Positions 1 through 9,430 of a stretch of 64,000 bases of DNA are shown in pieces (the first letter of the stretch is position 1; each line of letters opens with the position of its first letter). The stretch is from assembly GCA_963822585.1 (NCBI GenBank), contig CAWGIE010000008.1, forward strand, positions 32,001-96,000. Reading direction: 5' to 3'. The DNA comes from an uncultured bacterium (lineage in GTDB: Bacteria > Auribacterota > Erginobacteria > Erginobacterales > Erginobacteraceae). The position numbers were made by a program, and so were the translations under genes. The notes beneath the pieces are model-generated. The model worked only from the letters and a program-made list of their open reading frames with translations. It was not told the origin of the DNA and ran no database searches.

Positions 1-139
1 TTTTCCCGCCCCATTCCGTCACGCATTCCAGCAGGGGCCGCAGCCCCCGTTTCCGGGATTTGAAGAGCACCCGCTCCCCATCTCGCAGAACCAGCGAATA
101 ACCTCTTCCCGAATTCGTCTCTGTACTTATTCCCTTCAT
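1..139 (-). CDS. DUF1893-like protein, N-terminal part (runs off window start)
   Basis: Manual translation from ATG at 139: MKGISTETNSGRGYSLVLRDGERVLFKSRKRGLRPLLECV, resembles the DUF1893/TM1506 N-terminus. Confidence 0.6.
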   Translation of the reverse strand, partial: MKGISTETNSGRGYSLVLRDGERVLFKSRKRGLRPLLECVTEWGGK

Positions 140-286
140 TATTGTTCTTCGTCATAGTATAACGAAGTCCCGCTTCGGTCGGGGAAAAAACGACGAAGTA
201 AACGAAGTATACTCATGGGGTAGAAATATTTCTTCGATGTCTGTTCAGCGCTGGTCGCGCTTATATTTTTCCGCAGGAAAAATATA

Positions 287-955
287 ATGTTCCTGATAGT
301 CATTATTCTGTTTGTCGCGATCGTTATTCTCGGCATCAGCCAGGGCCGGAAACGCGCCCTCGCCTGGCGCGGCTTCTCTAGCAGGTTTAACCTGCGATTG
401 GTCTCCGGCGCGACCTCTTTTTTCTCGCCGGGTGTCCCGGTCCCGGCCGCCTGGGGAATCTTCCGCCTTTTTTCACGGGGTGACAGCCGGCGCGTTCCCT
501 ACCGGGCCCGGGGCGAATACCGCGGCCATCCGATAGAAGTCTTTGATTACCAGTATAGCACCGGTTCGGGAAAAAACCGGCAGACTCACTTCTATACTCC
601 GCTTATGGTGCATACCCCCTGGATGCTCGGCAGGATCATTATCCGGCCGGAAAACTTCCTGGACAAGATCGCCGCCGCCATCGGCTTCGACGATATCGAT
701 CTTGATTCCCATGAATTCAACAGGAAGTTTTTTGTTAAATCTCCCGACAAAAAATATGCCTACGACCTTCTCCACCCCCGGTCGATGGAATACCTGCTCT
801 CCCATCCGCGGATGACTGTTGAAACCGCTGAAGGTATTTTTCTTTTCTATTTTGAAGGAAAACTCGATCTGGGAAAGGCGCCGTCTCTGCTGGATGCCGG
901 TGTCGGCTTTGTCGAACTTCTTCCGGAATATCTAACAAAACCGAAAGGTGCGTGA
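287..955 (+). CDS. Membrane-anchored hypothetical protein (DUF3137-like LemA partner)
   Basis: N-terminal TM, YQYSTGSGKNRQT and DIDLDSHEFNRKFFV motifs, overlaps lemA start. Confidence 0.7.
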   Translation: MFLIVIILFVAIVILGISQGRKRALAWRGFSSRFNLRLVSGATSFFSPGVPVPAAWGIFRLFSRGDSRRVPYRARGEYRGHPIEVFDYQYSTGSGKNRQTHFYTPLMVHTPWMLGRIIIRPENFLDKIAAAIGFDDIDLDSHEFNRKFFVKSPDKKYAYDLLHPRSMEYLLSHPRMTVETAEGIFLFYFEGKLDLGKAPSLLDAGVGFVELLPEYLTKPKGA

Positions 956-1521
956 TGATTATATTTGCTGGTCTTTTTCTTGCCGTTGTCCTGGTCTGGC
1001 TGATCGCCACCTATAACAGATTCGTCCGGCTCGGCAATTTAATCCGCGAGTCATGGTCGAATGTGGATTCGGAGCTGAAGCGGCGCTACGACCTGATACC
1101 GAACCTGGAGCGGGCGGTAAAAGGCTACGCGCGTCATGAACGGGAGGTTCTGGAGAATCTGACCCGGGCCCGCAGTCAGGCTCTGGAGAGCACCGGCTCT
1201 CCGGCCAGTCAGGCCAGGGACGAAAATGAGTTGATCTCCGCTCTCCGTTCGGTCCTGGCAGTGGCTGAGAACTACCCCGAATTGAAGGCCAGCCGGAATT
1301 TTCTTCAGCTCCAGGAAGAGTTGGCCAATACCGAGGACCGCATCCAGGCCGCCCGCCGTTTTTACAACGGCAATGTCCGTGAAAACAACGTTCTGCTGGA
1401 GACGTTTCCTTCCCGCCTGGTCGCCTCTCTCGGCGCCTTTACCGGGAAAGAGTATTTCAGCATCGAAGAGAGTGTTCAGCGGCAGCCGCCACGGGTCGAC
1501 AGTGCCCGGGGCACCGGCTAA
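952..1521 (+). CDS. lemA: LemA family protein
   Basis: ELKRRYDLIPNL, AVAENYPELKAS, EDRIQAARRFYN. Confidence 0.95.
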   Translation: MMIIFAGLFLAVVLVWLIATYNRFVRLGNLIRESWSNVDSELKRRYDLIPNLERAVKGYARHEREVLENLTRARSQALESTGSPASQARDENELISALRSVLAVAENYPELKASRNFLQLQEELANTEDRIQAARRFYNGNVRENNVLLETFPSRLVASLGAFTGKEYFSIEESVQRQPPRVDSARGTG

Positions 1522-1532
1522 TCCGCTCCCTC

Positions 1533-1823
1533 TTAACCCGATTTATGAATAAATCGGGTTAGTTTTGAACCATGACAAGGATTAAATGAACAGACACACA
1601 AAAAGATATTCATTTTATCAAATTCTCTGGCAATGGATTACAGTCAAAAGTCTACTTCTGCCGGCAGCGTTAATAGAAAGAATACCGCGTTGTCCTTGCG
1701 GAGAAGAAAAAGCAGAGTGCTGTCGCCGCATAAATAGGATTGCTCTTCAGAATACATTGAACGAAAATTAGTAACCTGGATTAATCATGAAAAGTGAAAA
1801 TTTTCATGATTAATCCAGGTTAA
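1533..1823. mobile_element. ~290-bp non-coding element with terminal hairpins, copy 1
   Basis: Left hairpin TAACCCGATTTATGAATAAATCGGGTTA, right hairpin TAACCTGGATTAATCATGAAAA..TTTTCATGATTAATCCAGGTTA; homologous copies at 5747 and 26554. Confidence 0.8.
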
Positions 1824-2371
1824 GGCAGATCACCCTGCTCTCTTTTCGCTCCCTCCGCTGCTTCCGCTTCCTCTGCTTCCTTTGCCTGCTCTTTAAGCAT
1901 TTTCTTTTCGTCCAACCCTTCCTTCCAAAGGTAGATATCGCTGTAGACGAGCCGGGTATTTTCAATGCCGTAGTGAAGTTCAGCTTCCGTGTTCAGCCGG
2001 GTCCAGACGAGCAGAGTGGCCCCCGGGATGCTCTCCCGGGGCTCCCCGAATGATTTCTTCAGTTCTTCCTGAACGAACAGTCCGAATGAAGGAGGGTCCC
2101 AGACGATCGTGACGGAGTATAGTTTCTGGCCGAGCGGGGTAAAGGCGAAGGTGACCAGACAATCTTTTCCCTCGAGGAAAGTGTCGTATTCAAGCTGGGG
2201 ATGCAACCCGGTGATCTCCTTTAACCGCAAATTGAAGTTGTGCTCCGCAGCCAGCGCCTCGATCTGGAGCAGCGTCAATCCCCAGGAAAAATCCTCGAAC
2301 TGGATGTTTTTGGGATAGACGGGCCCCGAAATGAGAAGGCCAAAAAGTATTAATAAACTTATTTTCCTCAT
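1820..2371 (-). CDS. Secreted hypothetical protein
   Basis: Signal-peptide-like N-terminus, 183 aa ORF. Confidence 0.75.
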   Translation of the reverse strand: MRKISLLILFGLLISGPVYPKNIQFEDFSWGLTLLQIEALAAEHNFNLRLKEITGLHPQLEYDTFLEGKDCLVTFAFTPLGQKLYSVTIVWDPPSFGLFVQEELKKSFGEPRESIPGATLLVWTRLNTEAELHYGIENTRLVYSDIYLWKEGLDEKKMLKEQAKEAEEAEAAEGAKREQGDLP

Positions 2372-2598
2372 TATAAATTAGCTCGCTTCACTAGCAAATT
2401 CATGTTTTGAACCAAGAACATCATAATTCCATTGAGGCAATAATGATAACTTGAAATATTTCTGCAATGTTGCTTCAATGCTTGCATTCTTTTACTTTTT
2501 TCGCCTCGCCCTGAGTTATTAATCGGGGCAGAAATAATAAGACTATGCTATCATGTAGAAAGAAGTACTAAACTATTATTTTTCGGAGAAAAATAATA

Positions 2599-3792
2599 AT
2601 GAACTATTCCCATACCAGGATTTCGGCCTTCGAAAACTGCCCCCTCCAGTATAAGTATAAATACCGGGACCGGTTGACGCCCACCCTGGGAACGACCATC
2701 GAAGCCTTCATGGGGAGCCGCGTGCACGAGGTCCTGGAAAGTCTTTACCGGGATCTTCTGATGACCCGGTGCCCCTCCCTCGAAGAACTGCTCGGTCTCT
2801 ATGAGGCGGTCTGGGAGAAAGCCTGGGACCAGAGCGTTCGCGTGATCAAGAAGGAATATTCCCCCGAGGACTACCGGCGGAAGGGGGGGAAGTGTATCGA
2901 AGATTATTATCGTCGTTATCATCCCTTCGACCAGGGAAGGACGATCGGGATCGAAGAAAGGGTGCGGGTTGATCTCGGCGCCGATCGCGTCCTGACCGGC
3001 ATCATAGACCGCCTGGCGCTCCGGGAAGAAGGCCGGTATGAAATCCATGATTATAAGACCTCCAATTCGCTGCCCTCACAGGAGATGATCGACCATGATC
3101 GTCAGCTGGCTCTCTACCAGATAGGGGTCAGTGAAAGATGGAATGACGTGGAGGAGATCATCCTGGTCTGGCATTATCTGGTCTTCGACCGGGAGCTTCG
3201 TTCGACCCGCGGCCCGCGCGACCTGGAAGAACTCCTGGCCCGGACGAACGAGATCATCGACCGGATCGAATCCACGGTTAAGTTCGAACCGAAGAAGAGC
3301 GCGCTCTGTCATTGGTGTGAGTTCCAGAATATCTGTCCGCTCTGGAAACATCTCTTCCGCCTGAAAGAACTCCCGCCCCCGGCGTTACGGGAAGACGACG
3401 GCCGCCGGCTGGTCGACCGGTATGCCGGTCTTCTGGACGAGGAGCGTTCCCTGAAAGAAGAAAAGGAGCGCGTGAGAGCCGCCATCATGGAGTATAGCGC
3501 CTCCTTCGGGTATGAAGTCGTCTTCGGTACCGACCGGAAGGTCCGGATTCAACGGGTTAAAGATCTTCATTTTCCCCCGGCCGATGATGAACGGCGACGG
3601 GAACTGGAGCGGCTGATCGCGGAAGCCGGCCGGTGGGAAGAACTGTCGACGCTCAGTACCGCGAAGCTGACCAGGGCGCTCCGTTTCGGCAAGCTGCCCG
3701 AATCGCTGGCGGAACAACTGACGCCGTTCTATACCGAGCAGGAAACCTACCGTCTCTCTCTCTCGAAAGCAGGTGTCGAACCGGTATCTTGA
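2599..3792 (+). CDS. PD-(D/E)XK nuclease, RecB/Cas4-like, probable 4Fe-4S cluster
   Basis: SHTRISAFENCP, GIIDRL, IHDYKT, QLALY, CHWCEFQNICP. Confidence 0.9.
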   Translation: MNYSHTRISAFENCPLQYKYKYRDRLTPTLGTTIEAFMGSRVHEVLESLYRDLLMTRCPSLEELLGLYEAVWEKAWDQSVRVIKKEYSPEDYRRKGGKCIEDYYRRYHPFDQGRTIGIEERVRVDLGADRVLTGIIDRLALREEGRYEIHDYKTSNSLPSQEMIDHDRQLALYQIGVSERWNDVEEIILVWHYLVFDRELRSTRGPRDLEELLARTNEIIDRIESTVKFEPKKSALCHWCEFQNICPLWKHLFRLKELPPPALREDDGRRLVDRYAGLLDEERSLKEEKERVRAAIMEYSASFGYEVVFGTDRKVRIQRVKDLHFPPADDERRRELERLIAEAGRWEELSTLSTAKLTRALRFGKLPESLAEQLTPFYTEQETYRLSLSKAGVEPVS

Positions 3793-5720
3793 GTCCGTGA
3801 GTCAGGTGGATTGAGGGCTACTCGGACAGGCTCCTGGGGTGAAATTACCAGGAAGCGCTCATTTTCAAAGAGGATCGGCCGGCGGCCTTCCCGGACGGCT
3901 TGGATCGCCCTCCAGTTGATGAGGCTCTTCCAGAGGATGAAGCAGCCTGCTCCCTGTTCTTCCAGGAAGGCCATCTGTTCTTCGGTCGGCTCTCTCCAGA
4001 TTCTCCCCAGTCCCATCGCCCGGTCCCAGAGCGCGGTCGACCGTGAGGAGTAGCCGTTCATTAGGCAAATCCCCGGGAAATTAGTGAAGTAAAGCATCGG
4101 CCGGGTGCTGGCTTGGAAAGGGAGCGTGGGAAAGACCGCCACCGGACCGGAGAGGCCGGAAAAATAAGCCTTCTCTTCCCGGGTCGGGGCCAGGTTATCC
4201 GGGTTATAACGGTTGACAATTGCCCGGGAGGGCAAGCCCTCGAGGAACTGCAACGAGATCAGAATAACCGTCACGATTGACAATGTTATCCGTCCTCGTC
4301 TCTTCAAGTTGGAATAGAGATAGCAGAGGGTGAGCAGGAAAAGGGCGAAAATCAGGCCCTGTCCGATCACCGCCATCCTCCCGACCGCCCGCATGCTGGC
4401 CGCACCCGGAATGAAAAAAGCCGCCAGTCCCCAGAGGGAGGGGTTGATCGGCTGGCCGATGAACTGGCTCCGGGGACCCGAGGCCAGGCCATAGGCAAAG
4501 AAGGCGGTAAGGGCGATATAGGCGGCCGGGAGCGCCAGCGGCGATTTCCGGGCCCGCCGGGCCATCCCCTTCGCGTACAGGACAAGAACGGTCCCCAGGA
4601 TAAACGCCCCCGCCCAGCAGGTGTATTCCTGCCATTCGCCCCGGCTTAGGCCGACGATGAGCGACGCCGTCAGTAAAAACCAAAACCAGGGCTTCCGGAT
4701 CATCCCGGTTAACCATTGCCAGAGGGAAGGCAGACGCCAGATGATAATAGCCGCTCCGGCCAGAATGACGCCGATCCCTAAATAGGCGGGCGATTCATGA
4801 GGAATGCCGGAAAGAGGGGGGAGAATGGATTCATACAGTTTTTTAAGCGGGCCGGCGGGAGGTGTGTAGAGATGAAATATCTTCATCCCCATCTGGTGAA
4901 CATATTCGGCGGTGAAAATGTTTTTTTCGATCCGCGTGTATAAGAAAGCCAGCGGGAAAAATAAGAGCAGGCTGACGATCAGGACGGGCAGATTCTGACG
5001 AATGATCCGGGGGATCTCCCGGAGCTCGAGGCAACTCTGCAGGAGGAACCAGGCGAAGAGAAAGCACAGTCCGAGCACGGCGAAATATGGTGTCGAGTAA
5101 AGGAGGAGGACCTCCGGTATCACCATCAGGGCGAAGAAAATTCTGCCCCGGTAGTGCCAGTAACCGAGGGCGCCGCCGACCATGACCGGGAGCCAGAGCG
5201 AAGAAAGATTTTGAAAGTGCGCGTAATAGATCAGCCGGCTGGCGGAGAATGTGGCCAGGTAGGAGAAAACCGGTACGGTAATAAATATCAATCGGGGAAC
5301 CCCCGGCAAGGTCCGCCGGGCGATGAAACAGATAAGGTAAAACATGAAGAAGTACGCCGCGAAACCCAGCAGGGAAAGAGCCAGGGCGGTCAGCCGGAAG
5401 GCGTCGAGCACATTTTCGGACGCGACCCGGAAAAACGCGAATACCCCCGCGGGGACGAACAGGTTGTCGGACCAGAGAAAAGCGTCGCGGTTTTCCGGCC
5501 AGAAGATCCGGCCGTCGAGAAGATCCGTCCCTCCGTGTTTTATGGAGCGGACCGCGTGATCCATCACCCAGATGTTGAAGAACCCGTCTCCGTCATCCCC
5601 ATATATGGTCCCCGACGGGACCGAGAATCCTCCCAGGTGCAGATAAGCTCCCAAAAGAAAAAGAACGATCCCCAGGGGGATGATGAGGAGGAGTGGGTTC
5701 TTTATTCGCAAATCGATCAT
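3747..5720 (-). CDS. Polytopic membrane protein, probable GT-C-fold glycosyltransferase (YfhO-like)
   Basis: Many TM helices, acidic loop GDDGDG after first TM, ESPAYLG, MRAVGR, NGYSS. Confidence 0.65.
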   Translation of the reverse strand: MIDLRIKNPLLLIIPLGIVLFLLGAYLHLGGFSVPSGTIYGDDGDGFFNIWVMDHAVRSIKHGGTDLLDGRIFWPENRDAFLWSDNLFVPAGVFAFFRVASENVLDAFRLTALALSLLGFAAYFFMFYLICFIARRTLPGVPRLIFITVPVFSYLATFSASRLIYYAHFQNLSSLWLPVMVGGALGYWHYRGRIFFALMVIPEVLLLYSTPYFAVLGLCFLFAWFLLQSCLELREIPRIIRQNLPVLIVSLLLFFPLAFLYTRIEKNIFTAEYVHQMGMKIFHLYTPPAGPLKKLYESILPPLSGIPHESPAYLGIGVILAGAAIIIWRLPSLWQWLTGMIRKPWFWFLLTASLIVGLSRGEWQEYTCWAGAFILGTVLVLYAKGMARRARKSPLALPAAYIALTAFFAYGLASGPRSQFIGQPINPSLWGLAAFFIPGAASMRAVGRMAVIGQGLIFALFLLTLCYLYSNLKRRGRITLSIVTVILISLQFLEGLPSRAIVNRYNPDNLAPTREEKAYFSGLSGPVAVFPTLPFQASTRPMLYFTNFPGICLMNGYSSRSTALWDRAMGLGRIWREPTEEQMAFLEEQGAGCFILWKSLINWRAIQAVREGRRPILFENERFLVISPQEPVRVALNPPDSRTQDTGSTPAFERERR

Positions 5721-5746
5721 GTCAACTCATCGATTTTTTATTCCCG

Positions 5747-6037
5747 CTAACCCGATTTATTCATAAATCGGGTTAGTGTTGAACAACGACAAAGAAGAAA
5801 CTTGTAATATCGAAATAAGGTTTCGATCATATCGTATTCTTTGGCAAACACTTGCTGACAAACGTCTGTTATCGATCGCATTATTGCCGGCAGACGTAAA
5901 TCGTTAGCCTATCGGCTGAGATAAAACAGTCTGCTGTTGCCGTATTGATACGTCTTCTATCCGTAATACATTGAACGATAACCAGTAACCTGGATTATTC
6001 ATGAAAATTATAAATTTTCATGAATAATCCAGGTTAA
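5747..6037. mobile_element. ~290-bp terminal-hairpin element, copy 2
   Basis: Same terminal hairpins and length as 1533-1823, diverged interior. Confidence 0.8.
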
Positions 6038-6046
6038 GGGCATAAA

Positions 6047-6290
6047 AAATCCCAAATCACAAGCATCAAATAACAAACAAATTCCAAAAGACAAATCCCA
6101 AATCACAAACTGCCAGGCGGCGGCTGGCTTTCCTCCCCGCTGTACCGGCATCAGACCAGTGTTCGGGAGATAAGGGCACGCCGGCGGTTAAGATGTTTGG
6201 AATTTTGATATTGGAATTTGTGATTTATTTGTTATTTTCGGCCGGAGGCTGATAAGCCTTTGGCTTAGGTGCTTGTAATTTGGAATTTTG
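6047..6290. repeat. Inverted-arm repeat (AAATCCCAAATCACAAA / TTTGGAATTTGTGATTT) with a 30-bp hairpin inserted at 6238-6267
   Basis: Complementary tandem arms around a GC-rich spacer; related copy at 59360-59510. Confidence 0.75.
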
Positions 6291-6313
6291 AGAAAAATCG
6301 AACTAAAACATTC

Positions 6314-7810
6314 TTATGATGGCTGAGAAGCTTTATTGCTGATGCATGTATCGTGGCCGACACGGTCCCGGATTTTTTCCGCACAGTCCTCCAGACTGAA
6401 TCCGCAGTGCGGCAACACGCAATAGCCCCTGGCCTGATGGGTGACACAGTTGAAATCATCCAAAGTATCGGTACCGGTGGCGATCAGGCCGCAGTAGACA
6501 CGGCTCCAGAAGTTTGCCCTGGTTTCCGCGTGATATTTTCTCCAGTCGGTGTTCCATTCCTGCCTGGTTTCGTAATAAGAACGGATCAGCCCGGCGATAT
6601 GCTTGGGGTGCCACCCGGCGGAGAAAAGGACGCGGCAGAGGTTTTGAATGCTGGTCGGGTTGAGGAGACCCCAGTAAACGTTCTTGATGGAACTGGCCGC
6701 GCAGGGAGGGAGGGAGCCAAGGTCGAGCCGCCAGTAGGTATGGGGCCAGCTGGCGGGCGGTTCGTGGGCGCTCGCGTCAAACTCGCGGTGGAAAGCGAAA
6801 AGCGATGATGCGCGGTAGTCCTTGATGACCTTCTCCCAGCCGGTGCTCGCGTCCGGAATGGCGCCCGAGCACTTGGCGGCGTACCGGGCGGCCCGGCGCA
6901 GGTCCCGTCTGATAGTGAAGAGCTCCCGGACGGAGAGATCGTTCCGGGGCACCGTGGCATAGACGGGCAGTGCCCGGGCGAGGCGTTCGCCGACTTTTCC
7001 GACGTATACCTTGTGTTTCTGATGAGTGGAGAAAGTGGTCCGGATGTCCCGCATGTAAAGCGGGTCGGCGTACTGGGTGATGTCCAGGCTCATCCCTTCC
7101 CGTCCCCGGGCCATCCTCCCGACGGCGGCGTCGGAGATGGTGACCGGGAGAGGGGACTCTTTCCGGGTCCGGCGAATGATCAGGTGGCTGAGAAACTCGT
7201 GGAGGCGTCCGATGCCGCTGTAGCCCCGGGCCGCCCGGGCGGGAAGCGGCCGGGTGCGTTTATTGTCATTTCCGGGCACGAGGGCGCACTTTTCCAGAAG
7301 GCTCGTTTCCGTCCGTCCGATTCTTTCCAGTTTCCGATGGACCGGGTTGGAGAAGGGGATGCGGGAGATGAAATGATAGCCGGAAGAGGTGGAGTCGTTG
7401 AGGTGGGGAATACCGTATTCGGTCAGGATACTCTCGATAGCCCGGTAGACCGGCTCCATCAGATCGAAGTGAACAAGCTGATCCCGGTAGATTCCGTGCC
7501 AGGTATCCAGGTTGAAGTACTCGACGTCCCAGACCGCCAGGGTTGATTTTTTGTCCCAAACCGAGCGGAAGAGGTCAAGTCCTTCTTCCATCAGTCCGGA
7601 GAGATCATCCTGCCGGTTGGTGAGCCTGAGCGGCCGGCGGTAACCGTTCCGGGCCAGGTATTCTCCGAACCCGACCAGATATTCGCAGGTGAATCGTTCC
7701 CCGCCGCAGAACTCCTGAATTCTCTCCCTGACCGCCGGATGGCGGTAATACTCCCGGACGGCTTCAAACTGGGAATCAGTCATTATTGAAGATAAGTGCT
7801 CGGTTGTCAT
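6314..7810 (-). CDS. Putative AEP primase-polymerase with C-terminal PriL-like Fe-S domain, paralogue B
   Basis: AVWDVEY, STSSGYH, MSLDIT, RTTFSTHQK; PPC...C-x8-C-x4-C. Confidence 0.7.
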   Translation of the reverse strand: MTTEHLSSIMTDSQFEAVREYYRHPAVRERIQEFCGGERFTCEYLVGFGEYLARNGYRRPLRLTNRQDDLSGLMEEGLDLFRSVWDKKSTLAVWDVEYFNLDTWHGIYRDQLVHFDLMEPVYRAIESILTEYGIPHLNDSTSSGYHFISRIPFSNPVHRKLERIGRTETSLLEKCALVPGNDNKRTRPLPARAARGYSGIGRLHEFLSHLIIRRTRKESPLPVTISDAAVGRMARGREGMSLDITQYADPLYMRDIRTTFSTHQKHKVYVGKVGERLARALPVYATVPRNDLSVRELFTIRRDLRRAARYAAKCSGAIPDASTGWEKVIKDYRASSLFAFHREFDASAHEPPASWPHTYWRLDLGSLPPCAASSIKNVYWGLLNPTSIQNLCRVLFSAGWHPKHIAGLIRSYYETRQEWNTDWRKYHAETRANFWSRVYCGLIATGTDTLDDFNCVTHQARGYCVLPHCGFSLEDCAEKIRDRVGHDTCISNKASQPS

Positions 7811-7827
7811 GTGCTCATATCCTTAAA

Positions 7828-7923
7828 ACCACGAAGGACACGAAGGACACGAAGAAATGTCAAACGGGATCTTACTTATTCCCTCTATCCGTGATTCTTC
7901 GTGATCTTCGTGTTCTTCGTGGT
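7828..7923. repeat. Inverted-arm repeat ACCACGAAG(GACACGAAG)n / (CTTCGTGNN)nCTTCGTGGT
   Basis: 9-bp periodic arms; other copies 20488-20750, 34943-35021, 44288-44540, 62470-62546. Confidence 0.85.
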
Positions 7924-7943
7924 AGATGATGACATTCAGATGT

Positions 7944-9356
7944 TCAATACCGTCCGTCCCACCGGTAATCCGCGAGGTTGTAGCCGCAAAAAGGCTGCAC
8001 GCAGTATCCTTTCTCCTGGTGGGAGACGCAGTTATGATCAACCATGTCGTCAAGGCCGTCGGCCAGAAGGCCCGCGAACGTCCGCACGTAGAAAGTCGCC
8101 CGCGAGTTGGCGTCGAAGTGCTTCCACTGATCTTGCGGCCAGTTCGGGCCGTCCACCCAGCGCGATGTTATCAGGCCGGCGATATGCTGGGGATGCCATC
8201 CCTGGGCGAGGAGGCAGCGGGTCAGGGTCTGCAGGTTGGTCGGTTTCAGAAGCAGGTCGTTCGGCTGTTCCAGCGGCCGGCGCACGCAGGGGGGGACGTC
8301 CCGGTAATCCATCCGGCCGTACGTATCGGCCCAGCGATTGCGAGGATGTTGCTTTTCGCTGTCAAACCAGCGGTGGAACCGGTAGAGCCGGGAGTTCCGG
8401 TAGTCGTCGATCATCTTTTTGAAGTTGACGCTGAATTCGGGGATGAAACAGTGAACCCGTCCGGCATATTCGGCGGCGTGACGGAAATGCCGCCGCAGGG
8501 CGAGGGTCTCCGAAAGGGAGAGTTTCTTCCGGGGAATGGCGATCTGGATCGGGGTCCCGTCGGCGATCGCGTCGCCGACCTTCCAGCGCTGGATTTTATG
8601 TTTCTGATGGGTGGAAAAAGCGCAGCGGCAATCGCGCATGAACACCGGGTCGCCGAAACAGGAGAGGTCGAGGGAGATGCCTTCCCGTCCATGATGGTAG
8701 GTGCCGATGGCGACATCGGTGATCAGGAGCGGCAGGTCGGTCAGGTCCATTGTCTCCTTCATGATCCGATGAACGAGGTATTCCAGCACCCGGCCCATCC
8801 CCTCGAAGGCCAGTCCGTAACGGAGGGAGACCGGACGGTGCCGCTTGCTGAGCTTCCCCCGATACTTGGCGACCAGGGAATCGGTGAGGACGCCGACGTC
8901 TTCCAGCATCAGTGCCGCCTTGGTCCCCGACTGGACCTGGAAGGAATAGTGGTATCCCTGCCCGGTCATGATCGTCAGGGGATCGATCCCGTACTCGCGG
9001 AAGATGGCCAGGATGGCTTGATAGACGGGCTCGATCTTCCGGAAGGTGACCTCCTGGTCATAGTAGACTTCTCCCGGATAATCCAGATTGAAATACTCGA
9101 TATCGAGCACGCCCAGAACATGTGTCCGGTCCCAGAGCGAGCGGAAGAAGTCCAGCCCTTTTTCGAGGATGGAGTGGAAGCCCTTGGTGGGCGTTGAGAC
9201 ATAGGGTTCCGGGGCCGGGATGCCCATCAGGGCCTCCCCGTAGCCGACGATGTATTCGGCGGTGCAGAGTTCCGGTTCCCGGGCGGATCCGCCGCAGTAT
9301 TCAGCGATCCGTTCCTGGACTTCGGGGTCACGATAATATTCAGCGGGAGTGAGCAT
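7944..9356 (-). CDS. Putative AEP primase-polymerase with C-terminal PriL-like Fe-S domain, paralogue A
   Basis: GVLDIEY, MTGQGYH, ISLDLS, RCAFSTHQK; PPC...C-x8-C-x4-C; colinear with 6314-7810. Confidence 0.7.
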   Translation of the reverse strand: MLTPAEYYRDPEVQERIAEYCGGSAREPELCTAEYIVGYGEALMGIPAPEPYVSTPTKGFHSILEKGLDFFRSLWDRTHVLGVLDIEYFNLDYPGEVYYDQEVTFRKIEPVYQAILAIFREYGIDPLTIMTGQGYHYSFQVQSGTKAALMLEDVGVLTDSLVAKYRGKLSKRHRPVSLRYGLAFEGMGRVLEYLVHRIMKETMDLTDLPLLITDVAIGTYHHGREGISLDLSCFGDPVFMRDCRCAFSTHQKHKIQRWKVGDAIADGTPIQIAIPRKKLSLSETLALRRHFRHAAEYAGRVHCFIPEFSVNFKKMIDDYRNSRLYRFHRWFDSEKQHPRNRWADTYGRMDYRDVPPCVRRPLEQPNDLLLKPTNLQTLTRCLLAQGWHPQHIAGLITSRWVDGPNWPQDQWKHFDANSRATFYVRTFAGLLADGLDDMVDHNCVSHQEKGYCVQPFCGYNLADYRWDGRY

Positions 9357-9430
9357 GGAAATTCCTTGTAGTCAATTAGAGTAAGCCTGGTTGCTCCGGT
9401 AGGATTGATGCCGGACAATTATAATTAATA

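Noticed and set aside
1586..1771. 61-aa ORF within the 290-bp element
   Set aside because: The frame is broken by stops in copies 2 and 3
7926..9197. 423-aa plus-strand ORF and other long antisense ORFs
   Set aside because: Shadow frames of GC-rich genes; the opposite strand carries the recognisable motifs
2599..9356. CRISPR adaptation locus (Cas4 plus CAPP-like primases)
   Set aside because: No cas1/cas2 and no repeat-spacer array anywhere in the window
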